DNA from: a virus
Lineage: Duplodnaviria; Caudoviricetes
DNA length: 33,857 bases
Virus record (IMG/VR): IMGVR_UViG_3300037780_000214
Coordinates: 1 to 33,857 of that record
Strand: one strand, 5' to 3'
Numbering within the stretch: position 1 is the first letter of the stretch; the number at the start of each line of letters is the position of its first letter. A program made the position numbers and the translations under genes. This document shows positions 1 through 9,353 of the stretch, piece after piece. Below the pieces are notes generated by a model, which saw only the letters and a program-made list of their open reading frames with translations, was not told the origin of the DNA and searched no databases.

Positions 1-996
1 ATGGCGTCTATCAAGAAGCGCTTGAACAAGGCGGGGAGGACTCGCTTCTGCGTCGAGGTACGGATCCGCGGCCGCTATCGGTCAAAAACCTTCAAGACGC
101 GATTGGAGGCGACGACATGGGCCGCCGACGTTGAACGGGAGTTTGCCGGAGGTGGCGCCGACATCCCGAAGGATAAGTCTGTCGCTGACGCGTTCGATCG
201 CTACGCCCGCGAAGTCAGTCCGGGGAAAAAGGGTGCCAGGTGGGAGACGATCCGCCTGAAGAAGATCGGGCGTGCCGACTTGGCATCGATAATGTTGTGC
301 AACGTTGCACCCGACGATATTTCCGACTGGATGGAATCCGCGCTGAAGACGCTGAACCCTTCGACGGTCCGCCGCGAAATCGGACTGATCAGCGCGGTCT
401 TCGAAACCGCGCGCAAGAAATGGAAGTGGATCGCGGTCAATCCGTGCCAGGATATCGACTGGCCATCACCGTCTGATCCTCGGGACCGTCGTATAAGCGC
501 CGACGAAGAAGCGAAAATTCTTGCAGCTCTGAAGCACCGGGAAGCCGCACCGACTAGCACAACGCATCAGGTCGCGATCGCCTTCCTGGTAGCTTTAGAA
601 ACGGCCATGCGGCAAGGCGAGATATTCGGCCTAAGTTGGGAACATACTTTTCTGGATGAACGGTACGTGCATCTGCCTGACACGAAGAACGGTAAAGCTC
701 GGAACGTCCCCCTGTCTAAGCGCGCGGTGGAGCTTCTAAAGCTGATCGGTCAGAAGGAGTCAGGGAAAGTCTTCACCGCCAACCAGGCGAGCGCCGCGAC
801 GCTGTTCCGCCGGGCCGTCGCGCGTGCCAAGATCGAAGATCTAACCTTCCACGACACACGTCACGAGGCGCTTACTCGCCTTGCCAGAAAAATTGACGTG
901 CTCGATCTCGCCCGGATGGTCGGACACAAGGATCCGCGAATGCTGATGATCTACTATAATGCTACGGCGGCGGAGATTGCTGTCCGGCTAGGGTAG
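1..996 (+). CDS. int: Tyrosine recombinase / phage integrase
   Basis: Catalytic motifs TAMRQGEI (R), TKNG (K), FHDTRH (HxxR), VGH (H), IYYN (Y); N-terminal arm-binding-like segment. Confidence 0.95.
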   Translation: MASIKKRLNKAGRTRFCVEVRIRGRYRSKTFKTRLEATTWAADVEREFAGGGADIPKDKSVADAFDRYAREVSPGKKGARWETIRLKKIGRADLASIMLCNVAPDDISDWMESALKTLNPSTVRREIGLISAVFETARKKWKWIAVNPCQDIDWPSPSDPRDRRISADEEAKILAALKHREAAPTSTTHQVAIAFLVALETAMRQGEIFGLSWEHTFLDERYVHLPDTKNGKARNVPLSKRAVELLKLIGQKESGKVFTANQASAATLFRRAVARAKIEDLTFHDTRHEALTRLARKIDVLDLARMVGHKDPRMLMIYYNATAAEIAVRLG

Positions 997-1109
997 AGAC
1001 CAACAAACGCTTTGCTAGGTGCGAAAGGATTGCTTTCACAATAATCTTGCATAAATTTTAGACTCTGTAAGTATTCTCGTAAACGTAACTTAAATCTCCG
1101 CCTAGATTC

Positions 1110-2882
1110 ATGCGAAAACCACCCAATAAGTGGCCAAGAACCGATACCGCTGAACAGGTACTGTTTTTTGCGCAGTTGCTTCGCGAAATGATATCTGATG
1201 ACACCTACGAGAGCTTCAGGGTTCCGTCGCTCGGAACAATCGCAAAGATTCGAGAGACGAAATCGGTCGCATTGGACGTTTCAGAGGGTAGGGTGAAGGC
1301 AACTGTTCTCGAACCATTTCGAAAAGAACTAATAAAAACGCTGGAGATTGATCCAGTTGTAAACATCCTGCTAGGAGAAAAATCTCTTTCAAGTATAAAA
1401 AGAATGGCTTCTTCGGGAGATTCTGTGGGAATATATGAATATTTGGATTACTATGACAGAAAGAAAATCGATGGTTATTATGAAGAGCTGTCTTACCTGA
1501 TATTAGAAAATATAGAACTATGTGGATGCAAATCAAAATTAAGACTTCTTTGCAGGCTTATTCTTTCCCATATATTGAATTGTGGGTACTCTAGAAAAAA
1601 AATAAGAGACGATATTTATGATATATTCTTTTCTTTAGACGTTTATCGTATTGACCTTAGAAAGATTAGAAAATTTCTTAATATATACACATTCACCCCA
1701 ATAAAATACAAGGTTTATTGTATTATAGGAACGGACTATGTCAGATTTCTAAAAGAAAGTGGATTTAAGGTACTTTCCGATATAAATGAACTGCCGAAGT
1801 ATGTATTGATCGATACGAAGAAAGTATCGTCTGGGAATAAGTCTCCTAAAATTCTTGAGATCGATATCTTGGCTTACGATAGTTTTGATGCTGCGTATCG
1901 AGCTTTTTATATATTAGATTCAACCCAAGCACTTGGAGCACTTGTGCCGCATAAGTTTGATTTCCGATGGGAAGACCGCTGTGTGGTGGTACCGTTTGGC
2001 TCTAATAAAGCTGTGATCAGAGAGCAAGATACGCTCCCTCTTCATAGAAAGACGGTAGCGAACAATACAAAGAGAAGGGCCGAGTCATCCATTCGATCCT
2101 ATACGAAAAAAATATTTAGCAACTTTGATGATGGATCGTCTGAGAAGATACTTCAGTCTTTGAGGGTAAGTAATTTAGCGCACAAATCGTTTAGTATAGA
2201 AAGTCAATTGGTGGATTTGTGGTCTGCGGTGGAAGTATTGTATGGAGACCCTAAAAGTAGTGAATCCAGAATAAAACATTACACAAGCATGATGTTGCCA
2301 GCAATTTGTTTGAGGTATGCTCGGCGACAGGCCGTGGCATTGCATAGTGCACTCGTAATAAATTACAGAACAAAATTGAATAAAATAATTATTAGAGAAA
2401 CTGTTTTTAATAATAAAATGGATCACCACACTAGGTTCGCTGCCATACTTCTTATGGATGAGAATAATTTTCTGCAGAAAGAGCTATTGGATATGTGTGA
2501 GGATAACCCTCTAGCCCGGCATCGCCTTGCCAAGTTCCAAAAAGACTTTAGAACGCCGAAATCTGCACTAAAAACAATATGCGCTCATATGGAGCGAGTA
2601 GAATGGCAGATAAATAGAATATACCGAGAGAGAAACTTATTGGTTCATAAAGGTATTAGGTCTCCAAATGCAGAGTCACTGGTTATAAATTTAAACGAAT
2701 ATTATATGTCTTGCATTGGTTCCATGGTAAGCCAGGCTAACAAGGAGCAGATGGCCACCAGAATAGATAGAATTTCAAAAGACATACGAGTTGAGTTCGA
2801 TGAATATTTAATGGGTTTGGAAAAGAGCAAACATCAGGATAGATTAGAAAAAGAGGATGTTATGTCTTTGTTGTCTAGATAG
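1110..2882 (+). CDS. AT-rich 590-aa protein with C-terminal HEPN (ApeA-like) RNase motif; candidate anti-phage moron
   Basis: RIYRERNLLVH contains Rx4H; upstream SIESQLVDLWSAVE helix typical of ApeA-like HEPN domains; visibly much more AT-rich than the rest of the prophage. Confidence 0.7.
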   Translation: MRKPPNKWPRTDTAEQVLFFAQLLREMISDDTYESFRVPSLGTIAKIRETKSVALDVSEGRVKATVLEPFRKELIKTLEIDPVVNILLGEKSLSSIKRMASSGDSVGIYEYLDYYDRKKIDGYYEELSYLILENIELCGCKSKLRLLCRLILSHILNCGYSRKKIRDDIYDIFFSLDVYRIDLRKIRKFLNIYTFTPIKYKVYCIIGTDYVRFLKESGFKVLSDINELPKYVLIDTKKVSSGNKSPKILEIDILAYDSFDAAYRAFYILDSTQALGALVPHKFDFRWEDRCVVVPFGSNKAVIREQDTLPLHRKTVANNTKRRAESSIRSYTKKIFSNFDDGSSEKILQSLRVSNLAHKSFSIESQLVDLWSAVEVLYGDPKSSESRIKHYTSMMLPAICLRYARRQAVALHSALVINYRTKLNKIIIRETVFNNKMDHHTRFAAILLMDENNFLQKELLDMCEDNPLARHRLAKFQKDFRTPKSALKTICAHMERVEWQINRIYRERNLLVHKGIRSPNAESLVINLNEYYMSCIGSMVSQANKEQMATRIDRISKDIRVEFDEYLMGLEKSKHQDRLEKEDVMSLLSR

Positions 2883-2936
2883 TATTTGCCGGAAAAATTT
2901 TCTGAAAATAATTTTCCCTGAATCACGTTTCTAAGA

Positions 2937-3230
2937 TTAGAAAATTTTGCAATCTCGCGCCTTTTTCCAGCGACGAACCCATATCTTTACCTCTTTCTGA
3001 TACCAAAGTGGTCGGGATCCCTTCGTCTCCGTTGTTGGGAGACGAATGGGCGTTGGGAATCCATCGATTGTAACTAGCCGACGGCGAGCGGACTCCTTCG
3101 ACATCTGACAGTATGCGGCAACCTGGTCGATTGTCCAAAGGTCACCATCATTGGAGCGGGACCCCTTTAGTTCGGTCAGAATCTCAGAAAGCAACGCTTC
3201 GACCTGTTCAGTTTTTTTTATGTTGCTCAT
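2937..3230 (-). CDS. Excisionase / AlpA-like winged-HTH protein
   Basis: WTIDQVAAY...GFPTPIRL...PLWYQKEVKIW pattern; ATG at 3230 overlaps the MTase stop (ATGA); last gene of the early operon, facing int. Confidence 0.8.
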   Translation of the reverse strand: MSNIKKTEQVEALLSEILTELKGSRSNDGDLWTIDQVAAYCQMSKESARRRLVTIDGFPTPIRLPTTETKGSRPLWYQKEVKIWVRRWKKARDCKIF

Positions 3231-4006
3231 AGAAGCGCCTCCTGTTGTTCGCCTGCACCCGCTTCTCGCGGTTGCAAATAGGCATCCGCGATACGCCGGC
3301 AGGCGGTTTCGAAGTGGACTTCGTTGATTTCTATCCCGACGAACTTCAGGCGCCGGCGAGCGCAAGCCACGCCAGTCGAGCCTGAACCCATGAATGGATC
3401 GAGGATTGTCTCGCCCGGTCGCACGAGTTGAAGCATGTCGGTTAGAAGATGGATCGGCTTTCCGGCCTGATGGCTTTTCCTCTCAGCCGAGACAGGGCGG
3501 GTGAACACGCCAGGCGCGCAGGGACCGTCATCGGCCATCGGACCGTTGGAACCCCACGCGACATATTCACTTTGGTTCCGGAAACGGCCCTTCTGCGGTC
3601 GTGCGCTCAGTGTCTTGTCCCAGACCACAATTCCGCGCCAAACCCATCCGCCGGCCTGTAGCGCGTCCGTCGTCGTCGGCAGTTGCCGCCAGTCGGTGAA
3701 GACGCATCCGAGACCGCCGGGGCGGGTCACTCGCAACGCTTCGGACATCCAAAGCGCGGACCAGTATCCGAAGGACCTTTGATCCTTATTATCGCCGCTG
3801 AAATCGGCGTGCAGGTGTCTACTCTCGGAACTGGCATATTTGTTGCCGGTCTTGCTTGTTCGATCACCGCGGGTCATACCGCCGCTCGAGTATGGCGGGT
3901 CGGTGAACGTGTGGTCTACCGACCCGCCATTAAGCGTCGCCAAGATCGCCAGAGCGTCCGCCAGGTATAGGGTGCAGCCCCCAATCTGTTCGACGCGGAA
4001 CACCAT
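3227..4006 (-). CDS. Site-specific DNA methyltransferase, N6A/N4C, beta class
   Basis: TDPPY (motif IV) precedes HQAGKP and ILDPFMGSGSTG (motif I). Confidence 0.92.
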   Translation of the reverse strand: MVFRVEQIGGCTLYLADALAILATLNGGSVDHTFTDPPYSSGGMTRGDRTSKTGNKYASSESRHLHADFSGDNKDQRSFGYWSALWMSEALRVTRPGGLGCVFTDWRQLPTTTDALQAGGWVWRGIVVWDKTLSARPQKGRFRNQSEYVAWGSNGPMADDGPCAPGVFTRPVSAERKSHQAGKPIHLLTDMLQLVRPGETILDPFMGSGSTGVACARRRLKFVGIEINEVHFETACRRIADAYLQPREAGAGEQQEALL

Positions 4007-4009
4007 TAG

Positions 4010-4351
4010 TTAACCTCGCGCCGTCAGTTCTTCCGGACCATCATCTTCGTCATCGCCGTATTCGATCAACGCCACGTCCGGCGTTTCCGGCAGGCGGGCC
4101 CGAACGGCGAGCGGGATATCGAAGGGCGATTTCGGCGAGTTCGCGAAGGCAACCTCACGGGTGCATGGCGTGTATCGATAGATCGACCCGCCGCCCTGAT
4201 AGATCGGCGGCAGAAGCTCGCCCCGGAAGATCGGCTCGATCTTCAAAAGGCGGGTGCCGAACCGCTCCACTTCCTCCACCCGCCCAACCAGACGGCTATG
4301 GCCCATGATCTCGACCAATGCGAATTCCTCGGTTTCCTGAGATTCAACCAT
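4010..4351 (-). CDS. Phage hypothetical protein (ALVEIMGH...GRVEEVERFG)
   Basis: ORF packed between the XRE and MTase genes; start reassigned to ATG 4351, overlapping the upstream stop. Confidence 0.75.
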   Translation of the reverse strand: MVESQETEEFALVEIMGHSRLVGRVEEVERFGTRLLKIEPIFRGELLPPIYQGGGSIYRYTPCTREVAFANSPKSPFDIPLAVRARLPETPDVALIEYGDDEDDGPEELTARG

Positions 4352-4733
4352 TGGCGCGTTCCCCCACGCTCGGCGTGTCCACGCCATGAGCCATTGCGAG
4401 GGTTTCAGTGATCAGACGGATCGCGTTCCGATCGGAATCGGGAAGCCGGTCGATCAGATTGGCGATCTTGGTCGACCGCGGGCGGACGTAGACCGGCGGC
4501 TCGATATCGGCTTTCTCGATACCTTCGAAGAACGACGACGGCGCGACCTTCAGCACTTCCGAAATCTCGAAAAGGCGGGAGACCGAAATGCGGTTTGCGC
4601 CCTTCTCGTACTTCTGAATCTGCTGAAACGAGATATTGAGCCGGTTCGCCAGATCGCTCTGGCTGAGGTTTGCCGCCTGGCGGATCCGGCGCAGCCGGTC
4701 CCCTACGGCGACATCAATCGGGTGATGCGGCAT
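4344..4733 (-). CDS. XRE-family HTH transcriptional regulator
   Basis: VGDRLRRIR...LSQSDLA...ISFQQIQKYEKGANRISVSRL, a classic alphaproteobacterial XRE signature. Confidence 0.92.
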   Translation of the reverse strand: MPHHPIDVAVGDRLRRIRQAANLSQSDLANRLNISFQQIQKYEKGANRISVSRLFEISEVLKVAPSSFFEGIEKADIEPPVYVRPRSTKIANLIDRLPDSDRNAIRLITETLAMAHGVDTPSVGERANG

Positions 4734-5136
4734 TCTTCACTTCCTTTCCAGGTTTGACCGCCGGATCCCATTCGATCAGGTAGCCGGCGAAGGGGAGCCC
4801 GTGGGCTTCGTCGAACCATTCGATGAAGTCGGTCACGGACTCGAATCCGTCGCGTCGTGCCAGGGCCTCCAAATCGGCCCCCTGGACGCGCTCATAGGCG
4901 ATGTAGACGGCGGGGCTTCCCCCCTGCCGTGGGATGATCAGTACGCGCCTGACGGCCGTCACAGTGCTGTTCCCGAGGCAACGACAGAACTTCGTGCGCA
5001 TGCCTGTATAGAGAATGGCCCTGTCACCGACCTGGGCCGGCACCCGGCCGTCCTTTCGATCGGCGCGGATCGTGCAAGGCTTGCGCCCCGCCACGACGTC
5101 GTCGGCGAATCTCGCATGGAAATTAAATGCGGGCAT
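4714..5136 (-). CDS. ASCH-domain protein
   Basis: FxxxFxxxVxxGRKPCTIR, VGDxxxLYTGMRTK and ARRDGF motifs; ATG at 5136 preferred. Confidence 0.75.
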   Translation of the reverse strand: MPAFNFHARFADDVVAGRKPCTIRADRKDGRVPAQVGDRAILYTGMRTKFCRCLGNSTVTAVRRVLIIPRQGGSPAVYIAYERVQGADLEALARRDGFESVTDFIEWFDEAHGLPFAGYLIEWDPAVKPGKEVKNAASPD

Positions 5137-5896
5137 CGGCACCGCCTCTCTGTCTGGATTTCCGCCGGCGCTTCTTCTCCTTGCGTCGCGGCTTGGGGAT
5201 CAGGCGTTCACCGATCGCGGCATCGCTGAGGCGCAGGCTTTCCCGCTGACCAGGCGGAAGCCAGATATCCGGAACCGGCGGCATCAGCTCCCGCGTTCCC
5301 GGCCGGTAACGCCAGACCATCCACGCGTATTGGATGGGCTTCGGTGTGTCATCGGGGGAATAGGCGCCCTTAAAGATCGGCACGCGTTCGGGGATGAACG
5401 CCATCAGAGTCGGTCGCAGACCGGCCGGGCCGAAGAAAGCGTCGTAGCGTTCCAGCGATTCCGTGAACCCGACGCGGACGAATGCGGCGACGCCTTCCGA
5501 CGCGATTTCCAAGGCGCGCAGAATGAACGGCGTCACGCGGGCGGCGAAGGGCGGATTCATGACGATCCAGTCCGGCCGGAATATCACGTGCTGATCGCTG
5601 AGAAAATCATGGACGGCGAAGCCCTTGCCGTAATCCATGATGTCGGACGCATAGACCTTGCGGAACACGTCGCGCAGCGCCGCCACCATATGGCCTTGCC
5701 CGGCGGCGGGGTCCCAAGCGGTCAGGGGGTCGGTTGCGTCGCCGCCTAGGGCGTCGGCGTAGCGTAGGGGCTCGCCGTCAACGATCCGGAATAGACCGTG
5801 CTTCAGGAAGTGACGAACGGTCATCGGCGGCGTCGGATGGAAGTCCAGGTCTTCCCAATCGTCGCTGCGGCTGGAATAGATCGCGGATCGGCTCAT
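5123..5896 (-). CDS. SAM-dependent (probable amino-) DNA methyltransferase, gamma-like motif order
   Basis: DFHPTP, WDPAAGQG (motif I), ASDI, WIVMNPPF (motif IV); ATG 5896 overlaps the primase stop (ATGA). Confidence 0.8.
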   Translation of the reverse strand: MSRSAIYSSRSDDWEDLDFHPTPPMTVRHFLKHGLFRIVDGEPLRYADALGGDATDPLTAWDPAAGQGHMVAALRDVFRKVYASDIMDYGKGFAVHDFLSDQHVIFRPDWIVMNPPFAARVTPFILRALEIASEGVAAFVRVGFTESLERYDAFFGPAGLRPTLMAFIPERVPIFKGAYSPDDTPKPIQYAWMVWRYRPGTRELMPPVPDIWLPPGQRESLRLSDAAIGERLIPKPRRKEKKRRRKSRQRGGADARI

Positions 5897-8541
5897 TTCT
5901 TGCCCCCGTCGCGGCTGAAAACCCAGCACTTCACGGTCCGGGCATAGTTCTGATCGTTGGTCCAAATGCGGGATTTGACGGTCTTGATATCGACGAACTT
6001 TCGGGACCGGCTGTCGCGCAGATGCCGTTTCAGGTCGGTAAGCGCCGGCAGTTCCTGACGCCGCTCGGATGCGGCCTGCTGAACGTGATTCAGGTTCACG
6101 GCGATCAGCTTGTCCGGTTCGTTCGAATGGTTGATGCCGTCACCGAAGTCGTCGAGATAGTCGAAGACTTCCCAGAACTGCGCGACGATGGAATGGTCGG
6201 ATGCGATCGCCTCCTGACGTTCGAAGGCCGCGTCCATGATCGCCAGTTTCGTCGCCTTGACGCGCTCGACAGGCAGGCGGAGCTGATCGGCCAACACGTC
6301 GACCAGGGCCATCATCTGCGCGTGGTTCTTCATGATCCGGAAGGACCGGACCTTCCCGGTGGCGGCAATCTCCGATTCGTACTGCTTTACCTGCCGGCGC
6401 ATCAAGTCGAGGGCCTGGCTTTCCCGGACACAGGCGTTCAATAGGAACCAGGAGACGGTTTCGACCGGCATCGTGGCGAGGGCGTCGGCGGCTTCCTTGC
6501 CTTCGGGCCGGTGACCATCCGTGTCGAAGTGCAGGTGAACGATTCGGGACAGGATCGCCTCAGACGCGTTCACTTCGGCGTTCTGACTGATCAGGATCGA
6601 CCCTCGGAACGGTGCTTCGTCGGTATCGTTGCCCCCGTTCTTCAGCCCGCGTGCCCGGCTCGCCCGGCCGTTGAAAGCCGTCTTCAGCTCGTCCCAATCG
6701 AACTGCTTTTGCTTGGCCGTGTCGTCGCGGTCCGATTCGATCAAGGCGACCGGCAAGTTCGCTGTCTGCGTCATGATCCTGGACCGCGCCGCCAGGGTCG
6801 ACTTGTTCGGGTCGATCCCTTCGTAGTCGTCGCGGCCGACCAACTTCCAAAGGAACTCGATCAGAGTCGATTTCCCGGCCCCGGCCTGACCGACGATTTC
6901 CAGGAATGGGAAGGATTTCCAGATCGTCCGTATCTGTTCGGCGTAGAGGGACCCCAGGAAGAAGGCGACGGCCACAAGGCCCTTCGCGCCGTAGGATGTC
7001 CAAAGATGGTCGATCCAGGTCGGATCGTATTCCTGCCGTTCGCCCAGGCGGAGCGCTAGGGATTGGTTAAGCGTCTTGATGGACAGATCGCCGACTTCAA
7101 AAAAGTCTTCGTCGTTTAGCTCGTAGACCCGACCATTGGAGACCGCGATCTTCGGGAAGATGTAGGTCTTGTGTTCCTTCGAATATCCGATGAAATCGAC
7201 GGTATCGACGACTTTGATGTTGGTCAGATAGTTCTGGATGATCCAGTCCAGTTGCTTCCCGTTGCCGGTGAACAGAGCGCCCGGCGCGAAGGACAGGAGG
7301 CGTTTCTTAAACTCGGTCGCCGCCGCGACTTGGGCGCCGGTGAATGTGTTCTTCTGGGACTTCTGCGATGTCGGGAAATCGACCCTTGCATAGTACCAGC
7401 TTTCATCGGTCAGGCGGTTGGCCTGGAAATACAGAAACCGGAAGGTGCAGTTCGCGATGCGCGTGATGGCGCCGGCGGTCCTGGCGGCGCGGTCGCGGGC
7501 CTCGGCCTCGCCTTCGCCCGCTTCCTTCAGGCTCGCCAGTTCCTTATGGAACTTGTCCAGGTCCAGAGAGAACCAATAAAGCCTGTTGTCGAATTCGACG
7601 GCGAAGCCATTGCGCGCCTCGCGACGCCACGTCAGGAAGGCCTTTTCGAACGGGTTCTCCGCCAGCAGCAGGTCGCCGCGGTAGAGATAGCCGTCCATGT
7701 CGTCGGCTTTCAGGCGGTTCGCCCGATAGACATCGTTCCAGTCGTCGCGCTTCCGGCGATCCCGAACGGGGATCAGTGCGGCGCCGCATGAGAAACCTGC
7801 GGCCTTGGCCTTTTCCGCGTGCTGCTGGATCTTCAACCGGCCGGCAGGGTCGTTGTCGAGCGCCCATATCAATCGGACGGACTTCGGCACCGATTCCAGG
7901 GCCTTCTCCGGGTAGTTCCCGGCGGAGAGCGTCGCCGCGGCCTTGAAGCCGGCGACATTCAAAGACGCCGCATCAATGCAGGCTTCGACCAGATACAGCG
8001 TATCGCCTTCTTCGATCGTGACGCCGGGGGGAAGCCACCACAGGCCGCGATGCTTACCGGTGAAATGTTGCTTCCGTTCGACCTTCTCGCCGTTGTCCTT
8101 GGTTTCCCAGACGGATTCGACGAAGCGTTCCATGCTGATATCGGCGGCGCGATCGATGTCGAATAGGACGGTCGCGGTCCCCCGGTCGACATTCGCCTGC
8201 CAGAATTTGCCCTGCCGGTACCATCCCCGTATCTGGTCGATCGGGAGGCCGCGCGCGAAGCTCATATAGGCGTCGGCGGTGGCGTTCGGATTGGCGGAGG
8301 TCGGCTTATAGCGCTCGTTGAACCGTTCGAACGCGTCGGGATAGAGCGCCTTCACGTCGGTCTCGAAACCGCACTTGTTCAACCGCCCGCATTTCACGGC
8401 CCAAGGCGACTCGGCATGGGCGTACAGTTCGCGCTTACCGCAGGCGGGACATTTCCCCTGCCGCAGCCACTCGCCGGTTTCCTTGAAGGCATAGTCGCGC
8501 TTCAGACGCGACAAGACATCCGAGACAACGTCATCCCGCAC
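5893..8541 (-). CDS. Bifunctional primase-helicase (Zn finger, TOPRIM, P-loop NTPase)
   Basis: CPACG...CGRLNKC Zn finger; EACIDA, ALDND and DWND TOPRIM motifs; Walker A GQAGAGKS; GTG start at 8541 after GAAGGG. Confidence 0.9.
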   Translation of the reverse strand: MRDDVVSDVLSRLKRDYAFKETGEWLRQGKCPACGKRELYAHAESPWAVKCGRLNKCGFETDVKALYPDAFERFNERYKPTSANPNATADAYMSFARGLPIDQIRGWYRQGKFWQANVDRGTATVLFDIDRAADISMERFVESVWETKDNGEKVERKQHFTGKHRGLWWLPPGVTIEEGDTLYLVEACIDAASLNVAGFKAAATLSAGNYPEKALESVPKSVRLIWALDNDPAGRLKIQQHAEKAKAAGFSCGAALIPVRDRRKRDDWNDVYRANRLKADDMDGYLYRGDLLLAENPFEKAFLTWRREARNGFAVEFDNRLYWFSLDLDKFHKELASLKEAGEGEAEARDRAARTAGAITRIANCTFRFLYFQANRLTDESWYYARVDFPTSQKSQKNTFTGAQVAAATEFKKRLLSFAPGALFTGNGKQLDWIIQNYLTNIKVVDTVDFIGYSKEHKTYIFPKIAVSNGRVYELNDEDFFEVGDLSIKTLNQSLALRLGERQEYDPTWIDHLWTSYGAKGLVAVAFFLGSLYAEQIRTIWKSFPFLEIVGQAGAGKSTLIEFLWKLVGRDDYEGIDPNKSTLAARSRIMTQTANLPVALIESDRDDTAKQKQFDWDELKTAFNGRASRARGLKNGGNDTDEAPFRGSILISQNAEVNASEAILSRIVHLHFDTDGHRPEGKEAADALATMPVETVSWFLLNACVRESQALDLMRRQVKQYESEIAATGKVRSFRIMKNHAQMMALVDVLADQLRLPVERVKATKLAIMDAAFERQEAIASDHSIVAQFWEVFDYLDDFGDGINHSNEPDKLIAVNLNHVQQAASERRQELPALTDLKRHLRDSRSRKFVDIKTVKSRIWTNDQNYARTVKCWVFSRDGGKK

Positions 8542-8545
8542 GGTG

Positions 8546-8812
8546 TTAACCCTTCGCCCGGTCGAAGCCGATCCAGGCCGGGGCGATGCGAGGGGAGAGA
8601 GACGTATCCCGCGACTGGCGTTTCGGTGCGGGTGTATATGCGCGGCGCTGATGCGCTGCACAGTAGGACCGGCCGGGGACGGTTGCCTTGCCGCATTTCG
8701 TCGGCCAGTCCGGATCGCCGGGATCGTCGTCGATCCATTGGCATGTCCGGGGGCCTGAATCCTGCCCGTCGTCTCGATCGTGACCGGGGGCGGCATCGGT
8801 TTCGCTTTCCAT
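8546..8812 (-). CDS. GcrA C-terminal-domain-like small protein
   Basis: TCQWIDDDP...CGKATVPGRSYCAAHQRRAY matches the GcrA pattern CxWPxGDP..CG...G..YC..H...AY; no N-terminal HTH. Confidence 0.75.
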   Translation of the reverse strand: MESETDAAPGHDRDDGQDSGPRTCQWIDDDPGDPDWPTKCGKATVPGRSYCAAHQRRAYTPAPKRQSRDTSLSPRIAPAWIGFDRAKG

Positions 8813-8823
8813 GATGTACCGTC

Positions 8824-9066
8824 CTAGCTTGCGGTCGCCTTTCTGGGCGCCGTCGACATCGGGATATGAATGGAGGGGTTCGGATTCTTGCTGGGGGCGA
8901 TGGTCCGCGCAGGCGTGATGGTCGCGACAAAGACATGCCCGCAGCCGGCCGTGTCCTCACAGGCGTACATGACCTCGCGGCATGTCGGGCTTAGCTGCTC
9001 GGTCTTCACCGTGTAGCAGGCCTTGCCGCAGTGGGGACAAAGGGTCCGGTTGATGGGACGTATCAT
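8824..9066 (-). CDS. ogr: Ogr/Delta-like zinc-finger late-gene activator
   Basis: CPHCG...REVMYAC....CGHVF...RTIAPS; ATG 9066 with AAAGG RBS. Confidence 0.9.
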   Translation of the reverse strand: MIRPINRTLCPHCGKACYTVKTEQLSPTCREVMYACEDTAGCGHVFVATITPARTIAPSKNPNPSIHIPMSTAPRKATAS

Positions 9067-9080
9067 CGCGCCGCCTTTCA

Positions 9081-9353
9081 TCAGGGCCAGAAGGGATCGA
9101 GAAACCAGTTCGCGATAACCTCCCGGCTGCTGCGATCCAGGGAACTGGCGGCGTCGGAGAGGTTGAACTTGTGGTCCTTCCAGGTCCAAACGCACATGGC
9201 GAACCGGGCGATATGCGCCTCGCCGGTGCTCATGGTGCGAAGGCGCTTCTTCAGGGCCGGGACATCGAATTCGTCGAATTCGGAATTCCAGTACGGCGCC
9301 AGACACGGCCAGTTGCCGATCAGGTCGGCGAAGCGTGCGGTGTTGTCCGTCAT
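9081..9353 (-). CDS. Hypothetical protein (STGE...VW...FNL.DA...LD...W...PFWP)
   Basis: 90-aa ORF translationally coupled within the early operon. Confidence 0.7.
   Translation of the reverse strand: MTDNTARFADLIGNWPCLAPYWNSEFDEFDVPALKKRLRTMSTGEAHIARFAMCVWTWKDHKFNLSDAASSLDRSSREVIANWFLDPFWP

Noticed and set aside
1047-1077. TTGCAT...TATTCT promoter for the HEPN gene
   Set aside because: 19-nt spacer, and chance matches are likely in AT-rich DNA
2891-2917. AT-rich imperfect palindrome between the HEPN gene and xis as a bidirectional terminator
   Set aside because: Weak A/T stem with almost no loop; not supportable
8542-8796. 85-aa N-terminal extension of the primase ORF
   Set aside because: Overlaps the GcrA-like gene and is low complexity; GTG 8541 has an RBS and immediately precedes the Zn finger
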